Shown: positions 10,199 through 19,451, counted from the first letter of the stretch. The stretch: 64,000 nucleotides of DNA from Rhodohalobacter sp. (GCA_050486245.1 JBJHCX010000002.1:117448-181447); one strand, 5' to 3'. The notes: generated from the letters alone by a model not told the origin. Numbers and translations are program-made.

Positions 10199-10603
10199 AT
10201 GGAAGCACTTGGAAAACAAATTTTGGTAGAGTATTACGATTGTAATGACGAAAAGATCAACGACGTCAGTTACATCGAAAACTCATTGATACAAGCTACA
10301 AAAGCGTCGAATGCGACGATTATTTCTCACAACTTTCACAAGTTTAGTCCGTACGGCGTTAGCGGTGTCGTTGTTATTGCCGAGTCTCACGTCGCTATTC
10401 ACACCTGGCCTGAATACAAGTATGCTGCCGTAGATATCTTTACTTGCGGTGATACGATTGACCCATGGGTGATTCAAGAGCACCTGAAAGAGTATTTTGA
10501 GTCCAAGAATGTCTCCAGTATGGAGATGAAAAGGGGATTGTTTAAGGTGCCCCGCGGGCAGAAACTGCTGTTCAAGCCGGATCAGAAATTTCAGGCCAAC
10601 TGA
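10199..10603 (+). CDS. speD: S-adenosylmethionine decarboxylase proenzyme (pyruvoyl, short class)
   Basis: HKFSPYGVSGVVVIAE|SHVAIHTWPE and DIFTCG motifs. Confidence 0.92.
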   Translation: MEALGKQILVEYYDCNDEKINDVSYIENSLIQATKASNATIISHNFHKFSPYGVSGVVVIAESHVAIHTWPEYKYAAVDIFTCGDTIDPWVIQEHLKEYFESKNVSSMEMKRGLFKVPRGQKLLFKPDQKFQAN

Positions 10604-10703
10604 TGTTCCAGCCGGGTGCATGCAGGCCGGGCCGTGATGACCCGTACGCAGCCGTTTAAATAACTGTGCAGACCGGCCAGGCCCATACACAACACTTTAA
10701 TTT

Positions 10704-10766
10704 ATGGCAGCAGATGCGGCGCAAAGAGTGACCGGTCTGCTTCCATTCCTATCCAACACGTTTTAA
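10704..10766 (+). CDS. Putative 20-aa small ORF (MAADAAQRVTGLLPFLSNTF) upstream of pdaD
   Basis: ATG after an AT-rich context (ttaatttATG); ends 32 nt before pdaD; no homology evidence. Confidence 0.2.
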   Translation: MAADAAQRVTGLLPFLSNTF

Positions 10767-10798
10767 TAACCTGTAAAATTTAATCAGACGATACTATT

Positions 10799-11275
10799 AT
10801 GATGGTTCAAACACCCAACATTTATTGTCTCGTACGCGGGGCAAGCGAGGGGCGCACACGCCTGAATGCATTTGACAACGCACTCCTGAATGCAGGAGTC
10901 GGAGATACCAACCTGATGCGCATGAGCAGTATTCTGCCACCGGCTGCAGAGCAGGTCTCGGTAAGCGATATCGTACTGCCCAAGGGAGGGCTGATCCCGC
11001 TGGCTTATGCAACGATAGACAGCACCACGCCGGGACAGCTGATCTCATGCGCGATTGCAGTCGGTATTCCCGAGGATGACCGGGAGCCGGGTGTGATCAT
11101 GGAATTTGAAGATCATGCACCGCTGACCAATGTTGAGGAGATCGTCCGGCAGATGGTTGTCGATGGTTTCGAATTCAGAAATCGCAAACTGAAGGAGATA
11201 AAGTCACTCGGCATCGAGCATAAAGTAGAACGGTGCGGTTCTGTGTTTGCTGCTGCCGTTTTATGGTACAAATAG
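10799..11275 (+). CDS. pdaD: Pyruvoyl-dependent arginine decarboxylase
   Basis: EG...LNAFDNALLNAGVGDTNLMRMS|SILPP self-cleavage motif; GVIME. Confidence 0.92.
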   Translation: MMVQTPNIYCLVRGASEGRTRLNAFDNALLNAGVGDTNLMRMSSILPPAAEQVSVSDIVLPKGGLIPLAYATIDSTTPGQLISCAIAVGIPEDDREPGVIMEFEDHAPLTNVEEIVRQMVVDGFEFRNRKLKEIKSLGIEHKVERCGSVFAAAVLWYK

Positions 11276-11288
11276 TCTTAACTAACAT

Positions 11289-11411
11289 ATGGATAAACTG
11301 AAAGCGGCAATCATGGAGTATGTTTGCCGTTTTTTGATTCTGAACGGTTCTCACGGAAATGGTACCCCTGCCGGTGCCTCTCAGCATAACTTTTTAGACC
11401 AAACTGAATGA
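11289..11411 (+). CDS. Putative 40-aa small ORF between pdaD and speE
   Basis: MDKLKAAIMEYVCRFLILNGSHGNGTPAGASQHNFLDQTE; starts 13 nt after the pdaD stop with an actaacatATG context and fills most of the spacer. Confidence 0.3.
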   Translation: MDKLKAAIMEYVCRFLILNGSHGNGTPAGASQHNFLDQTE

Positions 11412-11445
11412 ATATGAAATCATAATCCCATAAAAACGATTTATT

Positions 11446-12300
11446 ATGCCACTGCAATACAACGAATATTATAATGAACAGACCGGCCTGACTATTGGCC
11501 TGAAAAAACTCCTTTTTTCCAAAAAATCGGACTATCAGTTGGTTGAGGTGTACGAAACTGATACCTGGGGGAATCTGATGACCATTGACGGAATGGTGAT
11601 GCTGAGTGAACGCGATGAGTTTGTCTATCACGAAATGATCAGTCATACCGCACTGTTTTCTCACCCCGGTCCATCCAGGGTTTTGATCATCGGAGGGGGA
11701 GACGGAGGTACGGCCCGCGAGGTCATGAAGCATGATTCGGTGACCCATGTGGATATGGTGGAGATCGACCAGACAGTTGTCGAGGCCTCAAAGTTGCACT
11801 TCCCCGGTGTTGGTGACTTTGATAATCCTAAACTTAATGTACTCTATGAAGATGGAATATCCTTTGTCAAAAATGTGAAAGATCCCTACGATATTATCAT
11901 TATCGACGGATCAGATCCGGTAGGCCCGGCAGAGGGGCTATTTGAGAAAGAGTTTTATCAATACTGCCTGAATGCATTGAAGGAAGGAGGGGTTCTGACG
12001 GCTCAAACCGAAAGCCCCTGGGTAGAGTCTTACCACCCAAGTATGAAGAAAGTATTTAAAGCTATTGATGAACTATTCTCTATTTCTAAAATGTATCTTA
12101 CTTATATACCGCTCTATCCTGCTGGCATGTGGTCTATGGCATTTGCTTCTAAAGGGATCGATCCTTTGGGAGACCCTGTGAGAGAGAAATTGAAATCAAA
12201 TCATGAACTTTTAAGTAGTCTGAATTACTATAATGAAGAGGTTCATTTCGGTTCCTTTGCTCTTCCAAATTTTGTGAAAAAGATCATCGAAGGGAGGTAA
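11446..12300 (+). CDS. speE: Polyamine aminopropyltransferase (spermidine synthase)
   Basis: DEFVYHEM, VLIIGGGDGGTAREV, VEID, DIIIIDGSDPVGPA. Confidence 0.95.
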   Translation: MPLQYNEYYNEQTGLTIGLKKLLFSKKSDYQLVEVYETDTWGNLMTIDGMVMLSERDEFVYHEMISHTALFSHPGPSRVLIIGGGDGGTAREVMKHDSVTHVDMVEIDQTVVEASKLHFPGVGDFDNPKLNVLYEDGISFVKNVKDPYDIIIIDGSDPVGPAEGLFEKEFYQYCLNALKEGGVLTAQTESPWVESYHPSMKKVFKAIDELFSISKMYLTYIPLYPAGMWSMAFASKGIDPLGDPVREKLKSNHELLSSLNYYNEEVHFGSFALPNFVKKIIEGR

Positions 12301-12350
12301 GATTTTCGCAAAAAATTTTCCTGACAGGCTCTTTGTCCGACCTGTATGAC

Positions 12351-12433
12351 AGGTGTGGCTGCCTTGAATCTGACCTAATATGGCATGATGCCGAAGTTAT
12401 TTAGGTTGAAGAGGGGAGGCCACACCTTTTTTT
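12351..12433 (+). terminator. Long nested hairpin plus T-run after speE
   Basis: aggtgtggc/gccacacct outer stem, inner gacctaa/ttaggtt, followed by T7. Confidence 0.5.
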
Positions 12434-12563
12434 GTTTGCAACAGTGTCGGTTCGGGTGATGGCTTAATTAATTTAAGCTCTAAAAATATTCAAATGATAT
12501 GCACTAACAGAAAGGATAGCAATAGAATAGAAGATATAAACAGAAAAATTCAAGACCGTCAAA

Positions 12564-13679
12564 TCATTTGTAGAGGATTCTGTCGGCTACATAGAGCAGG
12601 GCTCCAAAACCGCCTAAAAAAGTTAGGCTAAGCAGGGGTTTCCATATAACAAAGCCTCCAATTGTCCCCAAAACGGCTCCCAGGTACTGAATCATTTTGA
12701 GTTGTTCATTTGTGGCATTCATGATCATTCGTTCCAATTTGTATTCGTCGTAAGACTGGAGTCTCTCCTCAACCAGGTGCCGGATATCGATCCGGTCTGT
12801 CAGGTTCAGCACCGCTTCTGAAAGAAGTGTGTCGATGTCTGCCGATGCGTTCCTGACTTTCTCGGGGATCTGGTTTAAAAATTCATCGACTAATCCATAG
12901 TTACGTTCAAAAGTTATTGGGAGGTCTTTCAATGAACTCTCTATCATCTCTTCAAGTGTCCGGCCTTTCAGGAGTGTGTAACTTTTGAGTGCAGCCTTTT
13001 CAAATGGTTTACTGTCTAACCCTGAATATATTTCATCAGCAATGTAAATACTTACTTTATTTTTAAACTTATGATCACTGACAACTGAGTTGATATATTT
13101 TAATGTATATGACTTAAGGTCACTTCTGAATTCCTCAGTCTCTATTGATTTAAGGATCTCGTCGATATGTTTTTTTCGATATTTTTGAATGATCCCTGAC
13201 TCGATTATTTTTTCACGTATGATGTCTGGGTTGATGAGATCTTCTTCAATTGCAGTGGCCAGCCGGTAGGCAATTCTCTCTTTTTGGGCGGGCACCAAAC
13301 CCTGTCCCAGCAGAGGCCTTTTTACCAGCGGACGGAAGAGCATGGTGATGGCTACCCAGTTTGTCAGAAAACCGATGAGTCCGCTAATACTGACAATCCT
13401 TAAAAGTCCCTGCATTTCGAGTGCATAGCCAAACGGTTCGATTGTGACTCCATCCAGATCCCAATAGAATGAGAAGATGAACAGGGTAATCAGAAGAAAG
13501 GGTACGGTTTTTAATAATTTCAAAAACTTTCCATATCCCTTTAGTTGCGGGGGTGCTGGTATCTCTTTCTTTGGTTTGTTCTCTGTTCCTTCAAAACGGA
13601 AATGTCTTTTTAGCAGAGAGCCGAAGGTAATGTCACCTTCCCTTGCGGGATTTGTCTGATGGTCTGATCTGTTTTTCAC
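12564..13679 (-). CDS. DUF445 family membrane protein
   Basis: GLIGFLTNWVAITMLFRP, QGLVPAQKERIA, C-terminal QLKMIQYLGAVLG. Confidence 0.85.
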   Translation of the reverse strand: MKNRSDHQTNPAREGDITFGSLLKRHFRFEGTENKPKKEIPAPPQLKGYGKFLKLLKTVPFLLITLFIFSFYWDLDGVTIEPFGYALEMQGLLRIVSISGLIGFLTNWVAITMLFRPLVKRPLLGQGLVPAQKERIAYRLATAIEEDLINPDIIREKIIESGIIQKYRKKHIDEILKSIETEEFRSDLKSYTLKYINSVVSDHKFKNKVSIYIADEIYSGLDSKPFEKAALKSYTLLKGRTLEEMIESSLKDLPITFERNYGLVDEFLNQIPEKVRNASADIDTLLSEAVLNLTDRIDIRHLVEERLQSYDEYKLERMIMNATNEQLKMIQYLGAVLGTIGGFVIWKPLLSLTFLGGFGALLYVADRILYK

Positions 13680-13712
13680 GCTGTGTGGGGTTTATTCGCC
13701 TGAATGATACTA

Positions 13713-15071
13713 TTATGACGTAATCAGGCTTCGAATAGTTGCAGGAGTCAGGTTGTTGCGTTGTGCAAGACCGGCAAGGCGGGTCAGTTTATCGTGAAAT
13801 TCTGCTGAACGGTTGAGCCATGGCAGCAGCTTTTTTCCGGGCAGTACCCATCCGTTCTGATCCTGAATCAAGCTGTTCGAGATCCACCGGTCTGCCCGGG
13901 TGCCGAATGAAGAGGGGGAGAGGGTGCCATACCGGTTCAGGATGATTCCGAGCTCCGGGAGAGTTCGGGCCGGTGTGAGAGACCGGTATTTTGATTCTAA
14001 GGGCCGATCTGGGAAGAGGATGGCCTGAGGGGCGCATGAGAGCCTGCATGCGGTGTGCGCCGGTTCTGGGATGGTTATCGCCTCAAGGGTGTCCCTGTAG
14101 ATCATTTCATACAGCCTGCCGGAAATTGCCGGCAGTGAACCCGAGACCTTTTCGGGGGAGGCTGAGAGTGATAGCGGGTGAAGGCTTTCATGGGGAACGG
14201 CTGCGGGGAGTGTGCTTCTGGCTGCATCCGGGCGGAAAGGCGGCAAACCGGGTATTTTCAAATGCTGGGCTTGAAGCCGATGCCATGTTTCCGGGTGAAA
14301 ACCACTGACGGAGGCCCTGGGGTAGCTGATCAGGGATTCGTGATTCAATCCATGTTCTGTCGTAAATAGATCTTGAAGCAATTTCTGAGCCTCTCTTCGG
14401 CTGCCGGCAAGTTTTAAAGTCACGGATTTCTCAACAGCTTCGTATGTTGAGAGAGGGTGTTTTAATCGGTAATGGGTTCCTGTTTCGGGAGGGTCGGTTT
14501 TGAGCTGACGGGCAAAGAGTGCCGGAACCGGTTCGGAGGAGTGGAAAAGGGTGCGGCTTTCATCAAAAAAGGTTGTGAAGGGTATGGAGGAGCTAAAAGC
14601 GGCGGCTAATGCAGAAATCTCGGGATCGGGCAGCGGGGAGGCGGCCCACTCATGCCGGATCATGGATCGGTTTTTCAATGTGTTATGCAACTCTCCTGGA
14701 TCGGCCGGCACTGCCAGCCTCACCGTGTTCAAAACCCCGTTTCGATCCAGGCTTTTAACGCTGCCCCGTAATATTTGCGGACGTTTTAAAAACCGTGATA
14801 GTGCCCACGCAAGAAAATCGCCCGACGGATCCGGATCGGTAGCAATGACAATGTTGACAGCCCACTGTGCCTGCTCTTTCAGCTCTTTTCTGAACTCTCT
14901 CTGCTCAGGGTTTGCGCGTGCTTTGAGTTGATGCTTTTTGGGGAGGTATTCCGGTTTCCAGCAGTATCCGTGTGTTGCCAGGATGTTGATGTGGGGAGGT
15001 GAGGCCCTCTGCAGAATACGTGCGATTACCGGAGATTCGACAATGAGCAGCGTATATTCATCTGCACTCAC
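13713..15071 (-). CDS. Divergent, shortened type IA topoisomerase homologue (TOPRIM domain protein)
   Basis: LIVESP, IATDPDPSGDFLAW, LISYPR (cf. LITYMRTD), PHESLHP (cf. AHEAIRP), LYEMIY, GTLSPSS (cf. GIGRPST). Confidence 0.75.
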   Translation of the reverse strand: MSADEYTLLIVESPVIARILQRASPPHINILATHGYCWKPEYLPKKHQLKARANPEQREFRKELKEQAQWAVNIVIATDPDPSGDFLAWALSRFLKRPQILRGSVKSLDRNGVLNTVRLAVPADPGELHNTLKNRSMIRHEWAASPLPDPEISALAAAFSSSIPFTTFFDESRTLFHSSEPVPALFARQLKTDPPETGTHYRLKHPLSTYEAVEKSVTLKLAGSRREAQKLLQDLFTTEHGLNHESLISYPRASVSGFHPETWHRLQAQHLKIPGLPPFRPDAARSTLPAAVPHESLHPLSLSASPEKVSGSLPAISGRLYEMIYRDTLEAITIPEPAHTACRLSCAPQAILFPDRPLESKYRSLTPARTLPELGIILNRYGTLSPSSFGTRADRWISNSLIQDQNGWVLPGKKLLPWLNRSAEFHDKLTRLAGLAQRNNLTPATIRSLITS

Positions 15072-15538
15072 GATTCTGCCTGAAACTCTTTCAGGTAGCG
15101 GTCTTCCAGCAGGGTCATCTGCTTTTTATCTTCCGGCGTTTGATCATCATATCCGGCCAGGTGAATGAGGCCGTGAATAAAAACCCTGATAAATTCGGTT
15201 TTAAGATCCTGTTCGAGCTCCCGGCTCTGTTCTGTGATGCGCTGGGCGCAGCAGTAGAGGGTGCCTTCAATCGCATCGGGACTCTCCTCATCGTAGCGAA
15301 AGGTGATGATATCCGTGATATAGTCGCGACCCAGAAATTCAGAATTGATCCGTACGATCTCATCTTCATCAACATAGACCGCTTCCAGTTGTTCAAAGGT
15401 GATCTTCTCACCGTTCTCTACAATGGCCATCAGTTGATTCAGCTCTTCACTGCTGACGGGCAGTTTCATGCCAGAAGTGTTGTTAACTGAGAGTTTTTGA
15501 ACCGGGCTGGAAGGTAGGTCAGGAAAGTTCATCGTCAT
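15068..15538 (-). CDS. ybeY: rRNA maturation endoribonuclease YbeY
   Basis: N.EFLGRDYITDIITF and HGLIHLAGYDD; stop overlaps the next gene's GTG start. Confidence 0.92.
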   Translation of the reverse strand: MTMNFPDLPSSPVQKLSVNNTSGMKLPVSSEELNQLMAIVENGEKITFEQLEAVYVDEDEIVRINSEFLGRDYITDIITFRYDEESPDAIEGTLYCCAQRITEQSRELEQDLKTEFIRVFIHGLIHLAGYDDQTPEDKKQMTLLEDRYLKEFQAES

Positions 15539-15986
15539 CAAATGAGAAGTCGTCCAGATCGGCCGATTCGGTCAGTGAGAGGGCCACTCCGCACATCATT
15601 AAATCTTCGGGCAGTTTGGTGAAGTCACCTTTCAGGACCGAGTCATGTACATTGGCGTACATGCTGCATCCGGCACCCTCCTCGACGATCAGCCCGGTGG
15701 TGATACCGCCCTGCTTGCCAAAAAAGGTCACCTGTTTGAGGATGTCGCTGGCAATAAAGGCCGTGCAATTGTGTAGCTGGAGAAAGGTGCTTCCGGAGTA
15801 GACAGATACCATATTCATCCGTTCGTTGTCTACTTCAAGGCCCAGGTGGATCTCCAAAGCGAGCCGGGTTGCATTGTCAGGGCTGCTCACTTCAAACCGG
15901 AATACGTCATCGCCAAGAGGTTTGGGAGTGGTATTCAGGATTTCTCCGATGGCCTCAATATTTTCTTTTGTGAATTCGTGAATCAT
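15519..15986 (-). CDS. Hypothetical protein
   Basis: 155-aa ORF with acidic tail, overlapping the ybeY start; no motif recognised. Confidence 0.75.
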   Translation of the reverse strand: MIHEFTKENIEAIGEILNTTPKPLGDDVFRFEVSSPDNATRLALEIHLGLEVDNERMNMVSVYSGSTFLQLHNCTAFIASDILKQVTFFGKQGGITTGLIVEEGAGCSMYANVHDSVLKGDFTKLPEDLMMCGVALSLTESADLDDFSFDDDELS

Positions 15987-16073
15987 GGTTCTGCCTGGTT
16001 ACTGAGTTGAAAACGTACAGGGGTAATATACAACCTGCATATATAACTTTAAATATTGGAATATTTTATCAGA

Positions 16074-16102
16074 AAAGCCCGTCCTGATTAACGACGGGCT
16101 TT
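16074..16102 (-). terminator. Intrinsic terminator after the DUF2723 gene
   Basis: aaagcccgtc-N9-gacgggcttt, 10 nt past the stop. Confidence 0.7.
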
Positions 16103-16112
16103 ACAGTGACTC

Positions 16113-19100
16113 TCAGATTCCGAGCCCGAAGCGTTCAATCTGCTCCCGGCTCTCTTCGATGGTTTCAGGCATCGGCAGGCGTCCGCCGGTCATCATGCTG
16201 ATTTCAATTGCCATCTCTTCAGCTTTTTCGGTCTGTCCGGTTTCAAAATAGATATTTTGCAAAATGGAGAGACGGCTTACATTAAAACTGACATCCTGGA
16301 TCGCATTTTCGCGGTGACGGGAGAAGCGCTGCTGATCTCGCTGCAGGGACCTTGCCCGGTCTGTTTGAGCCCGTGCACGTGCCCTGCGGATATCCTCTTC
16401 AATCTGTTCCAGGCGGATTTCGGCCCGGTCAAGGTCTCGCATGTCATATCTCAATTCATGCTTCAGGCGCTCCGATATGTGATCTGAGAGGTTGACAGCC
16501 CGGTCAATTTCACCCACGCGCATATACCGGTATGCGTAGAGTGCCGCCACCGTCCAGTCGTTCTCAACCGTCCGGAACGGGATCATATCTTCTCCGTGAC
16601 GAAGCCATTTTGCTGCACTATCCAGGTCGCCCCGGTCCATATAGGCATCTGCCAGCTGGGTAAATCCATAGCGGTAGTTGCCCAGCATGCGCCTTACATT
16701 TTCGTCAAAATAGACACCCGGTGAGTTCCATTGGTTAAACTGGAACTGCTCTAGCCGGCTGGAGTGCACCTCGGGATCGACATAGCCGAACGGTCCGGCT
16801 GACCGGCGAAGCGGCATAATGCGGAATGCTTTTCCTTCAAACTGGAAATAGTCTTCGAGTCCGAGTTGTCCCGATCGTGAGACGGTATTGGCAAAATAGA
16901 TCGGACGAAGCCACAGGTTATTTTCCAGCAGGTGCAGAATCATACGGTCTTGTGTCTGCAGGTAATATCTCATGGTGCCCTGTCCGTCACGGCCTGCCGG
17001 ACGCCCTTCGAGGTAAAATCGAACCTCATCGTCCAGTTCATCCACCGAAACCGAGAACGGGGTTGCCATTCGAAGCTGATTGAAGAGCATTTGATTCATC
17101 TCCAGCTGAGCCAGTGCTTCATTGGTTTGATAGAGGGTGCTGGTGGTATCTTCAATCATATCGGGATCCGCTTCAAAGACCGATCGCAGAAGGTCTTTAT
17201 TGACCGGAATCACAACTTCGCGCGGATCGTGCAGTTCGAGCTGCGAGGTCATCCGGTCGATCTCTTCATCGGTCAGGGTAATGGCCAGCGGCAGGGATTC
17301 GTTGGTCTGCCTGTCGCGCAGCTGACGGATGTACCAGTCGGTGTTGAGAAGGCTCAGATTCACAACCCTGACGTCGGTACGGATCCTCTCGACCTCCTGC
17401 AGATACCAGAGAGGGAAGGTGTCATTATCCCCGTTTGTGAAGATAATGGCATTTTCTTCTACCGAGTTGAGAAGGTTGTAGGCATAATCCCTGGCCACAT
17501 AGTTGTCGCTTCTGTCGTGGCTGGGCCAGTTTTGGTGTGCCATCCAGAGAGGCACGGCAGCAAAAGAGAGTCCGAGTGCCCCATAGGCTGCAATCCGGTT
17601 ATTTCCCAGGGCGTGTTTGATCAGTTCAAGGATACCGGTGATACCAAGCCCTACCCAGATCGAGTAGGCAAAGAATGAGCCGGCATAGGCATAATCGCGC
17701 TCCCTGGGTTCATAGGGTGTCTGATTGAGGTAGAAAACGATGGCCAGGCCGGTCATGAAAAAGAGAATTGAGACCGCAAATCCACGCCGCCAGTCATTTT
17801 TAAAATGATATAAAAGCCCAAAAAGCCCGAGCAGAAACGGGATATAGAAATAGGCTGAATTGGCTGGGTTATCAATGTGACGGGTGTCGGTAAACCCGGA
17901 ATACCAGCCGGTATCCTGAATATCGGCTTCACGTCCGATGAAATTCCAATTCAGATATCTCAGATACATATGGTTGATCTGGTATTGCCAGAAGAACTCC
18001 ATATCGGAATTGAAATTGCCGTAGTACTCCAGGTGGTTGGGCTGGCTGGAGTGTCTGCGCGGAAAAAGAACTTCATTGTCACGGTCGATCGACCCGGTTC
18101 GGTTGTCATAGGTGGCTCCGCTCAAAAGCGGGGCTGTGCCATACTGATCCCGGTTCAGGTAGCTTACAAATGCTTCAACGGTAGAGGGATCATTTTGATC
18201 GATCGACGGCTCGGCCTGAGAGCGGATAATGATCAGCGAATAGCTGGAGTATCCGATCATGATCATCATGTATGCCAGAAATACCATATTGGCAATGCGG
18301 TATCCCTTCTTGTGTGTAAACCAGATCGCATAGATGATGGCTGCGACCAGCAAGAACAAAAAGGTAAAGGGGCCGATCAATCCATAGGTCATGTTGCCGA
18401 TTTGGCCGGCCATGTTTGGAAGGTGTATAATGGTGACCGGATAGATCGACAGAAAGGCAACAATGGAGATTCCGGTCATTGCCAGAAATGTAGGGATCGA
18501 AAACTCATATTTTTTGAAGTAGACAATCATTGCGATAAAGAAGATCGCGAGCAGGTTCAGCAGATGTACACCGATCCCGATTCCGATGAGATATGCGATC
18601 AGGATGAGCCATCTTTCGGAATAGGGCTGGTCGTGATTTGCCGACCAGCGAAGGGCCATCCAGACCACCAGCGCAGTGAAAAATGTAGATGATGCGTACA
18701 TTTCGGCCTCTACGGCATTAAACCACTGGGTATGGGTAACGGTAAACATGAAGGCGGCAATCAAAGCCCCTCCGTAGGTTCCCGCCTGATCCATCCAGTC
18801 CATCTTGTCAACAGATCCTCGCCACTCCTCAATGAGGCGAACAATGATCAGATAGAGCAGCATAATGGTAAAAGCGGAGGCGGTCACACTGATCATATTG
18901 ATGCTCCATGCCACATATTCGGCGGGCATAAACATGGATACCACACGGCCTACAATGGCAAAGAAGGGGGATCCCGGCGGGTGTGCAATCTGAAGTGTGT
19001 GGGAGATGGCGATATATTCGGCCGGATCCCAGAAAGAGGCTGTAGGGGCTACCGTAAGTGTGTAGACGATAAAGGCATACAGGAAACTGACAAAGGCAAA

Positions 19101-19148
19101 AAAGCGGTTTCTTGTACGGTGTTCAGCAAATATTGATGAAATGTCCAT
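16113..19148 (-). CDS. DUF2723 polytopic membrane protein; GT-C glycosyltransferase, TMEM260-like
   Basis: SFWDPAEYIA...AHPPGSP, AVEAEMYA, GVHLLNLL, EPRERDY, GDNDTFPLWY, NLSLLNTDWY; more than 10 TM helices plus a large soluble C-terminus. Confidence 0.88.
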   Translation of the reverse strand: MDISSIFAEHRTRNRFFAFVSFLYAFIVYTLTVAPTASFWDPAEYIAISHTLQIAHPPGSPFFAIVGRVVSMFMPAEYVAWSINMISVTASAFTIMLLYLIIVRLIEEWRGSVDKMDWMDQAGTYGGALIAAFMFTVTHTQWFNAVEAEMYASSTFFTALVVWMALRWSANHDQPYSERWLILIAYLIGIGIGVHLLNLLAIFFIAMIVYFKKYEFSIPTFLAMTGISIVAFLSIYPVTIIHLPNMAGQIGNMTYGLIGPFTFLFLLVAAIIYAIWFTHKKGYRIANMVFLAYMMIMIGYSSYSLIIIRSQAEPSIDQNDPSTVEAFVSYLNRDQYGTAPLLSGATYDNRTGSIDRDNEVLFPRRHSSQPNHLEYYGNFNSDMEFFWQYQINHMYLRYLNWNFIGREADIQDTGWYSGFTDTRHIDNPANSAYFYIPFLLGLFGLLYHFKNDWRRGFAVSILFFMTGLAIVFYLNQTPYEPRERDYAYAGSFFAYSIWVGLGITGILELIKHALGNNRIAAYGALGLSFAAVPLWMAHQNWPSHDRSDNYVARDYAYNLLNSVEENAIIFTNGDNDTFPLWYLQEVERIRTDVRVVNLSLLNTDWYIRQLRDRQTNESLPLAITLTDEEIDRMTSQLELHDPREVVIPVNKDLLRSVFEADPDMIEDTTSTLYQTNEALAQLEMNQMLFNQLRMATPFSVSVDELDDEVRFYLEGRPAGRDGQGTMRYYLQTQDRMILHLLENNLWLRPIYFANTVSRSGQLGLEDYFQFEGKAFRIMPLRRSAGPFGYVDPEVHSSRLEQFQFNQWNSPGVYFDENVRRMLGNYRYGFTQLADAYMDRGDLDSAAKWLRHGEDMIPFRTVENDWTVAALYAYRYMRVGEIDRAVNLSDHISERLKHELRYDMRDLDRAEIRLEQIEEDIRRARARAQTDRARSLQRDQQRFSRHRENAIQDVSFNVSRLSILQNIYFETGQTEKAEEMAIEISMMTGGRLPMPETIEESREQIERFGLGI

Positions 19149-19451
19149 GTGGATAGTTTACAATTGCTTTTTCAAAAGTTGTTGAATCTTTTGCGATCGA
19201 GATTATTTACGAATAACCGAAACGAAAATTCCGGGATCATATTTTTACCGGCCGGAAATGGCGGAAGTGAAAAATATACCGAATCACGGTTTGAATGCAC
19301 AATCCAAATTGAAAACAAAAACTGAACCGAACAAGCGGTGTGGTTTTCAAAAATTGTTAAAGCGTTCAGATCCTGAAAACGGTTCTTGCCATATAGCTGA
19401 AAAATGGTTATCAACCATGCTGTAATTTACAGTTGAATATAAAACGTACTG

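Noticed and set aside
12040-13220. AT-rich patch across the speE 3' end and the DUF445 gene as a possible foreign island
   Set aside because: Reading frames run through intact, with no mobility genes or boundary repeats; judged by eye only
15130-15185. YbeY third zinc-binding His replaced by Asp (GYDD)
   Set aside because: As I recall, this substitution is common in Bacteroidota-related YbeY, so it does not indicate inactivation
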